A DNA stretch of 64,000 bases, taken from Oligoflexia bacterium. GTDB lineage: Bacteria > Bdellovibrionota > Bacteriovoracia > Bacteriovoracales > Bacteriovoracaceae. Each line of letters opens with the position of its first letter. Within the stretch, counting starts at the first letter, position 1. A program made the translations under genes and the position numbers. The notes beneath the pieces were generated by a model. It made no database searches. It was given only the letters and a program-made list of their open reading frames with translations, and had not been told where the DNA came from. The stretch lies in assembly GCA_015232355.1 (NCBI GenBank), contig JADFZW010000016.1, positions 33,419-97,418 of the forward strand, written 5' to 3'. Of this stretch, positions 1 to 9,091 are shown one piece after another.

Positions 1-347
1 CAACGCAAAATAAAAACTCTATCTTTGCTCAACTGCAGACTCTAATAAATGCATTAAAAACTAATGATCATGAAAATATTCAAGATCTCCTCGAGAATTT
101 AGAATACTCAATAGACAGAGTAATTACTCTAAGAACAAAAATTGGTTCCATTCTTAATACTATTAAAAATTCAACCAATGCACTCGAGAATTATAAGGTC
201 TCAACCTCATTGCGCAAAAGTACACTAGAAGATGCAGACGTTGCAGAACTTTTTACAGACATAACCAAACAAGATAATGTTTTAAAAGCAGTATACAAAA
301 CCAGTTCAGAAATATTGAATGAAAATTTATTACATTTTCTAAGGTGA
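1..347 (+). CDS. flgL: flagellar hook-associated protein 3 (FlgL), C-terminal part; 5' end lies outside the window
   Basis: Frame 3 is open from the window edge to TGA at 345-347. The translation ...LEDADVAELFTDITKQDNVLKAVYKTSSEILNENLLHFLR resembles the flagellin-type C-terminal helix of FlgL. csrA and fliW follow it. Confidence 0.7.
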   Translation, partial: TQNKNSIFAQLQTLINALKTNDHENIQDLLENLEYSIDRVITLRTKIGSILNTIKNSTNALENYKVSTSLRKSTLEDADVAELFTDITKQDNVLKAVYKTSSEILNENLLHFLR

Positions 348-553
348 TTCTACGATGGTTTATTGCAATTATTTTTACGATTATTTTAAAGTTGACTAAT
401 TTCCATTAAATTTAATGTGTAATTTTTAAATTTTTTTGGTAATTATATATGTTGTTAGTTACACTTATTACAATTTTTAATACACTAATTTTTGCTACAC
501 TATTGAATTATAATGAATTAGTTTCGAGACGAATGATTAGTTAAGGATGAACT

Positions 554-784
554 ATGTTAGTTTTGACAAGGAAGCTTGGTGAAAGTATCGCAATAGATGA
601 CAATATTAAAATTGTTGTTGTTCAAATAAAAGGTAAACAAGTTCGCTTAGGAATTAAAGCTCCAAAAGAGACTAAAATTCATAGGGAAGAAGTATATCAA
701 GCAATTCAAGAACAAAACCAAATAGCTGCAAAATCCACGCTGGAGGATGTATCTAATCTAACAAAAGATTTACAGAAGAAATAA
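554..784 (+). CDS. csrA: carbon storage regulator CsrA (RNA-binding translational regulator)
   Basis: 76 aa. MLVLTRKLGESIAIDDNIKIVVVQIKGKQVRLGIKAPKETKIHREEVY is the canonical CsrA sequence. GGA-rich Shine-Dalgarno upstream. Confidence 0.95.
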   Translation: MLVLTRKLGESIAIDDNIKIVVVQIKGKQVRLGIKAPKETKIHREEVYQAIQEQNQIAAKSTLEDVSNLTKDLQKK

Positions 785-922
785 ATTTCTTCCAGAAATA
801 AATTCCTTCTTGATCATTTACCCGCAAGGCCGTTAAGATCAATCAGAAGAGGTATTTTTTACCTTTTCCTTTCCTTATCCTTATTTCTTATCGTATACTG
901 GATTTGTATTCGGAGGAGTAAA

Positions 923-1591
923 GTGAAGATACAAACAACAAGGTTCGGAGAACTGCAAGTAGATTCTAAGGATGTTTTGAATTTCTCAGAGGGCATTTTG
1001 GGTTTCGAGCACCTAAAAAAGTTCTTTGTGGTTGACCCAGGAGATAGCACGCTTATCCTCTGGTTGCAATCTACCTCTGATGAGAGTGTAGCTTTTCCAA
1101 TAATTGAACCAAGAATTTTCAAACCAGATTATATTATAAAACTACTGCCAAACGAACTTTATAGTTTGCAACTTGAATCTTTAGATGATGCTCGAGTGTA
1201 CTGCATTCTAACTATTCCAAGTGATATTACAAAAATGTCCGCTAACTTGAAAGCTCCAGTTGTTATTAATAATAAGAATAATTTATCAAGACAAATTGTT
1301 CTTCAAGATAACAAACTTCCAGTACGCTTTGAAATGTACAAAGAATTAAAGAAATGTATTATGAATTACATCTCTGATGATTCCAAAAGATCTAGCTACG
1401 ATAACATTAATAAGAATGCAAACATCAGCAGCAACAATGATAATATCATAAATGATAACATTGAAAGTATTGGTGAAATCGCAAAGGAAATCGCCAATCA
1501 AACACAAGCAAGCTTAAACTTAAACGCTGATGTAGATCAAGATACTCCTCACACAAATAATAGACCGAATAGATCACTTACTATCAACTAA
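923..1591 (+). CDS. fliW: flagellar assembly factor FliW (CsrA antagonist) with an Asn/Ser-rich C-terminal extension
   Basis: GTG start after GGAGGAG. The N-terminal ~145 aa (RFGELQVDSKDVLNFSEGILGFEHLKKFFVV...ANLKAPVVINN) match the FliW fold family. The last ~70 aa are low complexity. Confidence 0.9.
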   Translation: MKIQTTRFGELQVDSKDVLNFSEGILGFEHLKKFFVVDPGDSTLILWLQSTSDESVAFPIIEPRIFKPDYIIKLLPNELYSLQLESLDDARVYCILTIPSDITKMSANLKAPVVINNKNNLSRQIVLQDNKLPVRFEMYKELKKCIMNYISDDSKRSSYDNINKNANISSNNDNIINDNIESIGEIAKEIANQTQASLNLNADVDQDTPHTNNRPNRSLTIN

Positions 1592-1636
1592 TTTAAAATA
1601 TTTTATTTAAATAATTTATTAACTAATCAATTATCC

Positions 1637-1981
1637 ATGACCGCAAGAGAGACAGCAAGAGAGCAAGAAGTAAAGCAACTTATTATTTCAACAATCCTTA
1701 AAGCAAAGGATTTATTGGATGGTCATTATATTTTTTTCTTTGGTTCACGTGTTTTAAATAATCATAATTCTCGCTCTGACTTTGATATAGGTATAGATGG
1801 AGAGTCTCCATTAAACCTGAAACTTTTTTACGCTCTCAAAGATCGTCTAGAGTCGATAGAGACTCTATATAAACTTGATTTAGTTGATATGCAAAGTGTA
1901 TCCCCTTCATTTCGAGATCAAGCAATGAAAAAAATAGAGGTAATTTGTGACTACAGAAATAATCCTTCTGAAAAATTTTGA
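1637..1981 (+). CDS. MNT-type nucleotidyltransferase (antitoxin-like partner of the HEPN protein)
   Basis: FFFGSRVLNNHNSRSDFDIGID is the GS-x(n)-D-x-D minimal nucleotidyltransferase motif. The ORF overlaps the downstream HEPN gene. Confidence 0.8.
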   Translation: MTARETAREQEVKQLIISTILKAKDLLDGHYIFFFGSRVLNNHNSRSDFDIGIDGESPLNLKLFYALKDRLESIETLYKLDLVDMQSVSPSFRDQAMKKIEVICDYRNNPSEKF

Positions 1982-2330
1982 ACAGGCCTTGGCCAAGTTA
2001 AAAGATGGCGTGGATAAAAACTTAAAAAGCGATATTGAAAAATCTGGATTGATTAAATACTTTGAGTTTTGTTTTGAGCTGTCGTGGAAAGCTATCCAAA
2101 AAATTGCACGAACAAAGGGAATTTCAGACGAAATAGCATCACCTAAAAGTGCTTTCAGGATTGCTTTCTCTCAAGGATGGATTCAAGATGAGGTCAAGTG
2201 GATTTCAATGTTAAATGATCGAAATATTATGTCTCATACTTACAATTTCCTTGATGCTGAAAAAGTGTTTCTCAAAATTCCAGATTATTCTTTAGAGATG
2301 GAAAAATTACTTATTAAGTTGAAAATGTAG
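1947..2330 (+). CDS. HEPN-domain protein, HI0074-like nucleotidyltransferase substrate-binding family (toxin-like)
   Basis: DRNIMSHTY fits the R-x4-H-x-Y HEPN motif. It is paired with the upstream MNT gene. The exact start is uncertain (GTG/TTG candidates in the overlap). Confidence 0.75.
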   Translation: MTTEIILLKNFEQALAKLKDGVDKNLKSDIEKSGLIKYFEFCFELSWKAIQKIARTKGISDEIASPKSAFRIAFSQGWIQDEVKWISMLNDRNIMSHTYNFLDAEKVFLKIPDYSLEMEKLLIKLKM

Positions 2331-2380
2331 AGAATTTCTCGCCTGTTAAAAAACATTATGACCTATACACCTATACACGT

Positions 2381-3211
2381 TTACGCACTCGTTTCAGTTG
2401 CAGCGTTTGATAGCTCAATATACATCTTTGCATCTGGATTACGTGGATCTTTACTTAAAACTTTTTGCCACTCAGTTTGTGCTTCAACTACTCTGCCAGT
2501 TCCATAGTACAAAACACCCAAAGCAACACGCGCAGGAAGATAATTTGGATATTCATTTCTTAATTTTCGAAGCTCTTCAAACGCTTTGGAAACAAGCCCT
2601 TTTTTAGAGTAAACTTTTGCAACTTGGATTCTTCCTTCTAGATTCGAAGGATCCAGTCGTACTGCTTTATTATATTCAAATAGCGCTTCATCATATCTAT
2701 CGTAAGTAAGATAGAGCTCACCCAATTCATAGTGTTTAAATGCAAATTTCTTATTTATATATGGATCACTTAGAATCGATTGATGTGATGACAATGAAGA
2801 TGAAGATGAAGATGAAAAATCAGTTGAACCCAAGGATGAGGATGAGGATGAATATGAATATTTCGATTTACCCTTTACTCTGTTATCAATCTCTTTAAAG
2901 AGTAACTTTGCTTCCTCGTATTTACCAATATCATTATAAAGAACTGATAAACATATTGCTGCCTCTGTATGATAAGGATCAATCTCCAAAACTTTTTTAA
3001 AACAATTAATTCCTTTTCCTATTTGCCCCAAAGTGTAGTGAATATTGGCCAGATAAAAATGTGCTTCAACATTTCGAGGATTAATTTCTAAAACCTCTTC
3101 AAAGGTCGCTTGAGCATCTTTATAGATTCTTTTGACATATTGAGATTGGCCTTGGACCATAAGCTGAGATTCTTTCGGCCCATATCCATTATCATTCGCG
3201 TTCATGCTCAT
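2381..3211 (-). CDS. TPR-repeat protein with an internal poly-Ser tract
   Basis: Repeated TPR-like A-x3-Y/F-x-A-L patterns (EAHFYLANIHYTLGQ, EAAICLSVLYNDIGKYEEA, EALFEYNKAVRLDP). I prefer the ATG at 3211, which follows GGGAGGGG, over the ORF-track start at 3247. Confidence 0.75.
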   Translation of the reverse strand: MSMNANDNGYGPKESQLMVQGQSQYVKRIYKDAQATFEEVLEINPRNVEAHFYLANIHYTLGQIGKGINCFKKVLEIDPYHTEAAICLSVLYNDIGKYEEAKLLFKEIDNRVKGKSKYSYSSSSSSLGSTDFSSSSSSSLSSHQSILSDPYINKKFAFKHYELGELYLTYDRYDEALFEYNKAVRLDPSNLEGRIQVAKVYSKKGLVSKAFEELRKLRNEYPNYLPARVALGVLYYGTGRVVEAQTEWQKVLSKDPRNPDAKMYIELSNAATETSA

Positions 3212-3264
3212 GATATCCCCTCCCTTCCTAGGAATTAATAACAACAAAAAAAATAAAAAGTTCT

Positions 3265-4116
3265 TTAGCTCTTTTTATTGTCTCCTGTCTGTGTTGTCTG
3301 TACTTTTTTTGCCTGTTCGCTTGCACTGGCACTTGCACTTATACATTTCTTTTTATAGTCCTCCAATTCAAGCACGACATCGCTAGAAATTTTTGAACTA
3401 TATTCATTAGCATACTTTACACATTCATCGAAGCTATTCATGTAAAAAGAGCTTTTCACTACTCTTATCATACCATAATCTTGAATTTTTTTGTCCTTAT
3501 ATTTGTCAACAATATCCAAATATCTGTAGCGTGCAGAATCGAAAACATCTGTCTTGTAGTAAAAATCTGCAATATAGATATCTCTTTTCATCAACATATC
3601 TTCGATCGCAGTTAACTTTCGTTTTGATTCTTCCAAATAAGTTGAAGTCGGATATTTATTGATTACTTCACTATAATATTTTACGGCCTCAACAGAAGCA
3701 GATAAATCTCGATCATAGGTGTCTGGTAACTGGTTATAATATGACTCTGCAATTTTCCATAAGACATATGCATACTTTTCATGTTTCGGATGCAATTCTT
3801 TAAAGGCCATATAAGATGCAGCCGCTTCTATGTAACTTTTTTGTAAAAATAATATATCTGCTATCAGTAACTCTGCGTGAGTGGCGTAGTAGCTGTAAGG
3901 AAATTGAGATCTAAGTGTATTTAACTTTTCAGTGGCCAACAAATATCTCTCTCTTGCTACATACTGTTCAGCCTCTTTGTACAAGATTTCCGCTGGAGTC
4001 TTATCACTTTTTGTTTGATTAGAGGAACAACCCCAAAAACCAAAAATTGATAAAATTATAATAAAGAATAAAGTAAAAGAAAAAGTTCTTTTAATATTAA
4101 TTTTAATATTATTCAT
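3265..4116 (-). CDS. bamD: outer membrane protein assembly factor BamD (YfiO-like lipoprotein)
   Basis: Signal peptide with lipobox (FGFWGC). The TPR-like body reads YKEAEQYVARERYLLATEKLNTLRSQFPYSYYA...YYSEVINKYPTSTY...IADFYYK, typical of BamD. Confidence 0.8.
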   Translation of the reverse strand: MNNIKINIKRTFSFTLFFIIILSIFGFWGCSSNQTKSDKTPAEILYKEAEQYVARERYLLATEKLNTLRSQFPYSYYATHAELLIADILFLQKSYIEAAASYMAFKELHPKHEKYAYVLWKIAESYYNQLPDTYDRDLSASVEAVKYYSEVINKYPTSTYLEESKRKLTAIEDMLMKRDIYIADFYYKTDVFDSARYRYLDIVDKYKDKKIQDYGMIRVVKSSFYMNSFDECVKYANEYSSKISSDVVLELEDYKKKCISASASASEQAKKVQTTQTGDNKKS

Positions 4117-4164
4117 ACAAATAACTCTCTTTTGTTAATATTTTGGTCTTATTCTATAAATAAT

Positions 4165-5364
4165 CTACTCTTCTTGTCGAGAAATAATCGGATAAAGCTC
4201 TTTGTAAATTTCTGCAAAAATCAACTTTAGTATCGCAGCAACTGGAATGGAAACTATCATTCCGACAATTCCCATATATTGAGAACCAAGTATAACACTT
4301 ATAACAACAATCATCGGGTGAAGATCAACAATTTTAGAGACTAATAGAGGGAAAACAAAGGCAATATCAATCACATTGGCAACAATAAATAATATCGCCA
4401 CTGCTCCCGTAGTAGAAGAAAAAAAGCCATGTTCCACCGAGCATAAAATCATTGCTGGAACAATTCCCAAAATCGGTCCTACATATGGAACAATGTTGGT
4501 TATCGCCGCTACAAAACCTAATAAGACTGCAAACTTTATATCCAAGAAGAGCAATCCAATAGTAGTAACCGTTCCTACTATTGTTGCTTCAACAAATTTT
4601 GCAAAGATATAATTCCCTAATTGTTTATGAAATTGATAGATAAGGTAATATGTCCTCTCAAAAATTGTATTTGGAACTAATTTAAGGAAACTGAATCGAA
4701 ACTCTCGCCCATCCTTTAAGAGAAAAAAGAGAATGAGTGGAACAAGAAACATCCATTCAAAAAATGATGCTAAAAAATTTGGCACTTTTAAGAGCAGGTT
4801 TTTTGATTCCGCACTGGTATAGTTCAAAAAATTATCTAAATGTTTTTCACTAATTTGCACTCCGATTCTTTCTTTAATTGTAACTGTCACCTTGTTGTAA
4901 GAGGTACGAACAAATTTATCAACTTTAGGAATATAGTTGTGATAATTATCAACTTCTTCTTCCATCGAAGGAATTATTTTATAGAGTGGATAGGCCACTA
5001 AGAATGTAACTGTCACTATCAAAACAATAAATGCTTGTGATCTTTTAAATCCAATTTGCATTAATGGTTTAATAACTTGTTCAACAATTAATCCAATAAT
5101 GTAAGCAAAACTTAGAGGGATACTAAGTCTAGGTAAAGCAACAAAAAAAATAAAAATTATCAATATTACCATTGCAAAAAATGATAACTTAATTCCATTC
5201 GCAGCATAATTTCTTCTCTTGATTAATAAATTGCGAAGAGAATAAGAGTATTTATTTTTGTGGCCATCATCGTTAACTATGTCGCTGCTACTATTGCTGT
5301 TGCTATTGCTGTTGCTGTTGCTGTTGCTGTTTTCTTGGTCACTCTTATTTTTGTTAAATTTCAT
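4165..5364 (-). CDS. AI-2E family transporter (PerM/UPF0118 permease)
   Basis: Polytopic membrane protein. FAKFVEATIVGTVTTIGLLFLDIKFAVLLGFVAAITNIVPYVGPILG is the family signature region. The N-terminus carries an (NS)n tract. Confidence 0.85.
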   Translation of the reverse strand: MKFNKNKSDQENSNSNSNSNSNSNSSSDIVNDDGHKNKYSYSLRNLLIKRRNYAANGIKLSFFAMVILIIFIFFVALPRLSIPLSFAYIIGLIVEQVIKPLMQIGFKRSQAFIVLIVTVTFLVAYPLYKIIPSMEEEVDNYHNYIPKVDKFVRTSYNKVTVTIKERIGVQISEKHLDNFLNYTSAESKNLLLKVPNFLASFFEWMFLVPLILFFLLKDGREFRFSFLKLVPNTIFERTYYLIYQFHKQLGNYIFAKFVEATIVGTVTTIGLLFLDIKFAVLLGFVAAITNIVPYVGPILGIVPAMILCSVEHGFFSSTTGAVAILFIVANVIDIAFVFPLLVSKIVDLHPMIVVISVILGSQYMGIVGMIVSIPVAAILKLIFAEIYKELYPIISRQEE

Positions 5365-5373
5365 ATTCTTTCT

Positions 5374-6177
5374 CTATTTATGACTTATATTAAGTAATTG
5401 CTCTAACTCATAAACCCTTCTACGCAAATATCTCATCTCATCTCCAACAAGAGAGAGTCTATTGATTAAAATCATTGATATTGATTGCAAAAGTTTATTT
5501 CCAACAACAGCATCACCTTCAATCAACTCCTCCAAATCAGGCCTAAAAATTCCCAGCAAAGCACAGCTTGTCTCAGCTTCAGCTGTAGCGGTTCTCAAGT
5601 TATTTGCTTGCAACAATGCTAACTCTCCGAAGTGGTCAAAATTTAAAAGTCTAGAGAGTCGATAACGATGATCATTATTACGACGATTCTGATTATCTTT
5701 ATTACTATTACTACTACTACTATTATTATTATCTTTTTTTGAATCTGGAATAAATTCAGCATTAGGGTTGGATATCTTCACCTCATTAGAAAAATCCTCT
5801 TCTTCTAAATAAATTCCAACCTCTCCTGAAAGTACTAAATAAAAACCAAAACCTCTATCTCCTTGTCTAAATATTATTTCGTTTTTCTCAAACGCTCTCA
5901 GGTGCATATACTTCGATAGTATTCGTAATTCATTCTCTGTAAAATTTTTAAATATCTCCACATTACGTAAAAATGATGGAATAGCATCCTTATTTTTTCT
6001 CGATAGTGGTCCTGCCTGCCAAAAAAACTTCAAGGTTGGATAATTTAATCTTGGTGGTAGCGCCTCACCAGATTTCAGCTTTTCATTAATTACTCTCTCG
6101 TAACTATCGTTTTTATTTTCGCTCTTATTTTCACTCTTACTTTCACTATTATTTTCATAATCACTCATATCAAGCAC
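5374..6177 (-). CDS. cyclic-nucleotide-binding domain protein
   Basis: FRQGDRGFGFYLVLSGEV...FGELALL...RTATAEA is the cNMP-binding beta-roll signature. It is interrupted by an Asn/Ser-rich insert. Confidence 0.75.
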   Translation of the reverse strand: MLDMSDYENNSESKSENKSENKNDSYERVINEKLKSGEALPPRLNYPTLKFFWQAGPLSRKNKDAIPSFLRNVEIFKNFTENELRILSKYMHLRAFEKNEIIFRQGDRGFGFYLVLSGEVGIYLEEEDFSNEVKISNPNAEFIPDSKKDNNNSSSSNSNKDNQNRRNNDHRYRLSRLLNFDHFGELALLQANNLRTATAEAETSCALLGIFRPDLEELIEGDAVVGNKLLQSISMILINRLSLVGDEMRYLRRRVYELEQLLNISHK

Positions 6178-6202
6178 CTCTTATTTGTAATTCTTCAATT
6201 CT

Positions 6203-6901
6203 TCAATAAAGACCAACATCTTTTACCGGTATCCAACCCTCAAAACATTTTGGGGCAAACACTTTATATCTTCCATTATATTTTTTGCCTAACAAAACCT
6301 TTGTTCCAGCAACCACCCTCGCATTCTCACTCTCCTCAAAAATATTTGATGGTCCCTCTCTTACAATTGTATCTTTCAATATCACTGCAAATTTTTGTTT
6401 AGAAAGATAACAGTGATTTATTATAAGCGGAGAAAGAGAGAACAAAAATGCAAAAAATAAAATCACAGCAAAATAAAGTTGTTTCTTTTTTATACTTAAA
6501 TTTTTAAATGCTGTACTCTTTTTAAGAGTAAAATTAATTATAATTAACAGACAAATAGAAATAAGAAGAGCAGTAGTTATGTAAACATCTTTAGGCATCA
6601 CTCTCATATCTTCAATATATGACAAATAAGATTCGCTTTCACTCCAGAAGGGCATCGCAGTGGCATTTAATGACAAAATTTTTTGTTTTACCTCTAAAAT
6701 TTGCGTATCAAATTTTTGATCAATCGCTCCCAACGCTTTCGCTTTTTCAAAATGTAGCAGACCAAGCGCATTGTTGCCATCTTTGAAATAATTTTCCCCA
6801 AGAGTCTTATGAAAATTGATCTCAATATCCTGACTGATCTTCATGTCGTAATTAATCTTTCTTAAATCCATAAAGCTATTATCATATTTTGTTGTTTTCA
6901 A
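6203..6901 (-). CDS. membrane protein with an N-terminal TPR-like region and a C-terminal SH3b-like domain (BatE-like architecture)
   Basis: Two hydrophobic helices sit mid-protein. The C-terminus ...VVAGTKVLLGKKYNGRYKVFAPKCFEGWIPVKDV resembles a bacterial SH3 domain. Confidence 0.45.
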   Translation of the reverse strand: MKTTKYDNSFMDLRKINYDMKISQDIEINFHKTLGENYFKDGNNALGLLHFEKAKALGAIDQKFDTQILEVKQKILSLNATAMPFWSESESYLSYIEDMRVMPKDVYITTALLISICLLIIINFTLKKSTAFKNLSIKKKQLYFAVILFFAFLFSLSPLIINHCYLSKQKFAVILKDTIVREGPSNIFEESENARVVAGTKVLLGKKYNGRYKVFAPKCFEGWIPVKDVGLY

Positions 6902-7022
6902 TGCAAGATTGAGAAAATTTGTTGTATTAGTATTGTATTAGTATTGTATTAGTATCTTAAACCGTTAATAAAACAAATTATATTAATTATATTATAAACA
7001 GTACTCACATTAGGAACGAACT

Positions 7023-8444
7023 ATGACAAATGCACATTCAAATGCAAATTCAAATGCAAATTCAAATGAAACTGCCTCTGGAGTTTACTCAACAAAAATC
7101 CAAGAGCAAATAGATCAACTTTTTTCCACCATTCTCACTGAACAACAAAAAATAAATAAAATCAAAGCAGCTGATCCCGATAAAGTTAATTTTTTTAAAT
7201 CAAAATTAGATTACTACATTAAAAATAGAGGCCGAGAATTTTTCTATAACTACATCTCCTCTGGCAAAGGTCATGGCCCCTTTACTGAATTGTTGGATGG
7301 TTCAGTCAAATATGATTTAATAAATGGTATTGGTTTTAATTTACTTGGCCACTCTCATCCACTAATGATCAAAGCAAATTTAGAAGCAGCAACTGTGGAC
7401 ACTGTTATGTGTGGAAACTTGCAAACATACGTTGATGCCAATGAAGCATCCGTTGCTTTAGTCAATTCAGTAAAAGAAAAATCAAGATTAAAACACTTTT
7501 GGTTTACTGGTTCTGGTGGTTGTGCTAACGATCTGGCGCTAAAACTCATTTGGCAAAAGAAAGCACCAAAATATAATTTGATTGCCTTCAAAAAAGCATT
7601 TGCTGGAAGAACTATTGCTACTCAAGAGATCACCGACAAACCAGATTTCAGAGAGGGAATGCCAAAATATTTAAATGTTTTTCATGTTCCACACTTTGAT
7701 CAAAAAAATCCTACAACTTCACTCTACAATACACTATCTGCTCTAGATGATTTGTGGGAGAGATTTCCTGAAACTTTCTCGGCAATGATGATTGAATTAA
7801 TCCAGGGAGAGGCCGGATTTATCTATGGAGATAAAGCATTCTATGAAGGAATTTTTAAGTGGGCCAAAGAGAAAGGCATTTATGTTTGGGTTGATGAAGT
7901 ACAAACATTTGGTCGCACTAAAGAGTTATTTGCTTTCCAAATGTTTGGATTAGATCAATATGTTGATATGGTTACTATTGCAAAAGCGGCCCACATTTGC
8001 GGCGCTCTTTACACTGAAGAATTAAATCCTAAACCAGGATTGATTGCTGGTACATTTAATGGATCAATCTCATCTATTAAAATGGGAAGTAAAATTATCA
8101 ACTATCTCTTGAAAGGAAATTTTTATGGTGAAAATGGAAGAATTGCAGAGCTGGAAAAGAAATTCTTAAATAAAATGCAAAAAGTACAAGATAGTGTAGG
8201 TCAAGATAAACTCAAGTTTTTTAGTGGCATCGGAACAATGATTTCTTTTGAAGTCAGAGATGGTAATAAAAAGGTCACAACTAATTTTGCAAAAAAATTA
8301 TTTGAAAATGGTGTGATCTCTTTTACAGCAGGACAAGATCCAGCGCGAATTAGATTCTTGCTACCACTATCTCTCACCGATGAAAACATAGATGAAATAT
8401 TTACCATTTTAGAAAAAACCTTTAAGGAGGATTTATGGAACTAA
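7023..8444 (+). CDS. class III PLP-dependent aminotransferase (lysine/ornithine aminotransferase-like)
   Basis: LLGHSHP, FTGSGGCANDLALK, and IELIQGEAGF...VWVDEVQTFGRT fit class III aminotransferase motifs. Substrate cannot be assigned. Confidence 0.8.
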   Translation: MTNAHSNANSNANSNETASGVYSTKIQEQIDQLFSTILTEQQKINKIKAADPDKVNFFKSKLDYYIKNRGREFFYNYISSGKGHGPFTELLDGSVKYDLINGIGFNLLGHSHPLMIKANLEAATVDTVMCGNLQTYVDANEASVALVNSVKEKSRLKHFWFTGSGGCANDLALKLIWQKKAPKYNLIAFKKAFAGRTIATQEITDKPDFREGMPKYLNVFHVPHFDQKNPTTSLYNTLSALDDLWERFPETFSAMMIELIQGEAGFIYGDKAFYEGIFKWAKEKGIYVWVDEVQTFGRTKELFAFQMFGLDQYVDMVTIAKAAHICGALYTEELNPKPGLIAGTFNGSISSIKMGSKIINYLLKGNFYGENGRIAELEKKFLNKMQKVQDSVGQDKLKFFSGIGTMISFEVRDGNKKVTTNFAKKLFENGVISFTAGQDPARIRFLLPLSLTDENIDEIFTILEKTFKEDLWN

Positions 8445-9010
8445 AAGGATCAAAAACTGAAAAAAACATTCTAACCGCATTTGCAGGCGAATCTCAGGCG
8501 AGAAATCGTTACACCTACTACGCTGGCATTGCTAAAAAAGAGGGATTAGAACAAATCGCTGCAATCTTAGAAGAGACTGCTCAACAAGAAAAAGAGCATG
8601 CTAAACGTTTATTTAAATTTTTAAAGGGTGGCGAAGTTGAAGTTAAAGCAACTTTTCCTGCTGGAGTACTTGGAAAAACAGTTGATAATTTAAGAGACGC
8701 TGCCGCTGGTGAACACCATGAATGGATTGAGATGTATCCTGCTTTTGCAACCATTGCTAGAGAAGAGGGATTTAATGATATTGCAAAAGTCTTTGATGCC
8801 ATTGCAGTTGCAGAAAAATTACATGAAACTCGCTACCTATCTTTGAGAGAAAATCTTGAGAATGGAAAAATTTTCAAAAAGCACAACAAATCCACTTGGT
8901 ATTGTCGTAATTGTGGTTACACTCAAGAGGGAACAGACGCGCCGCTAGGTTGTCCTGCTTGTGCTCATCCTCAAGCACACTTTGAGATTCTCTCAGAAAA
9001 TTGGAGATAA
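8435..9010 (+). CDS. rbr: rubrerythrin
   Basis: Ferritin-like diiron E-x-x-H motifs (QQEKEHAKR, AAGEHHEW) plus a C-terminal rubredoxin CxxC...CxxC (CRNCGY...CPACAHP). The start overlaps the upstream stop (ATGGAACTAA) and follows AAGGAGGA. Confidence 0.92.
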   Translation: MELKGSKTEKNILTAFAGESQARNRYTYYAGIAKKEGLEQIAAILEETAQQEKEHAKRLFKFLKGGEVEVKATFPAGVLGKTVDNLRDAAAGEHHEWIEMYPAFATIAREEGFNDIAKVFDAIAVAEKLHETRYLSLRENLENGKIFKKHNKSTWYCRNCGYTQEGTDAPLGCPACAHPQAHFEILSENWR

Positions 9011-9091
9011 AATTTTAGAGATAATGAAAAAATTTTAGTTTAGAATTAAAAATTGTAAGAAACAAAAAAGACATACATTTAGGAGGGGAAA

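Noticed and set aside
859-1122. Minus-strand 87-aa ORF overlapping the csrA-fliW spacer and fliW
   Set aside because: It is antisense to fliW and has no support. The same applies to 2398-2607, 3204-3386, 4376-4612, 5462-5665, 7355-7591, 8201-8407, 8581-8802, 9811-10020, 15634-15843, 17480-17674, 22316-22549, 25018-25233, 25312-25638, 32293-32538, 32838-33092, 34905-35309, 36411-36692, 38762-38995, 39152-39376, 40734-41120, 42356-42658, 44127-44321, 46435-46638, 46663-46899, 50082-50372, 56163-56399, 58386-58601, 61299-61580, 63428-63646 and 63484-63771.
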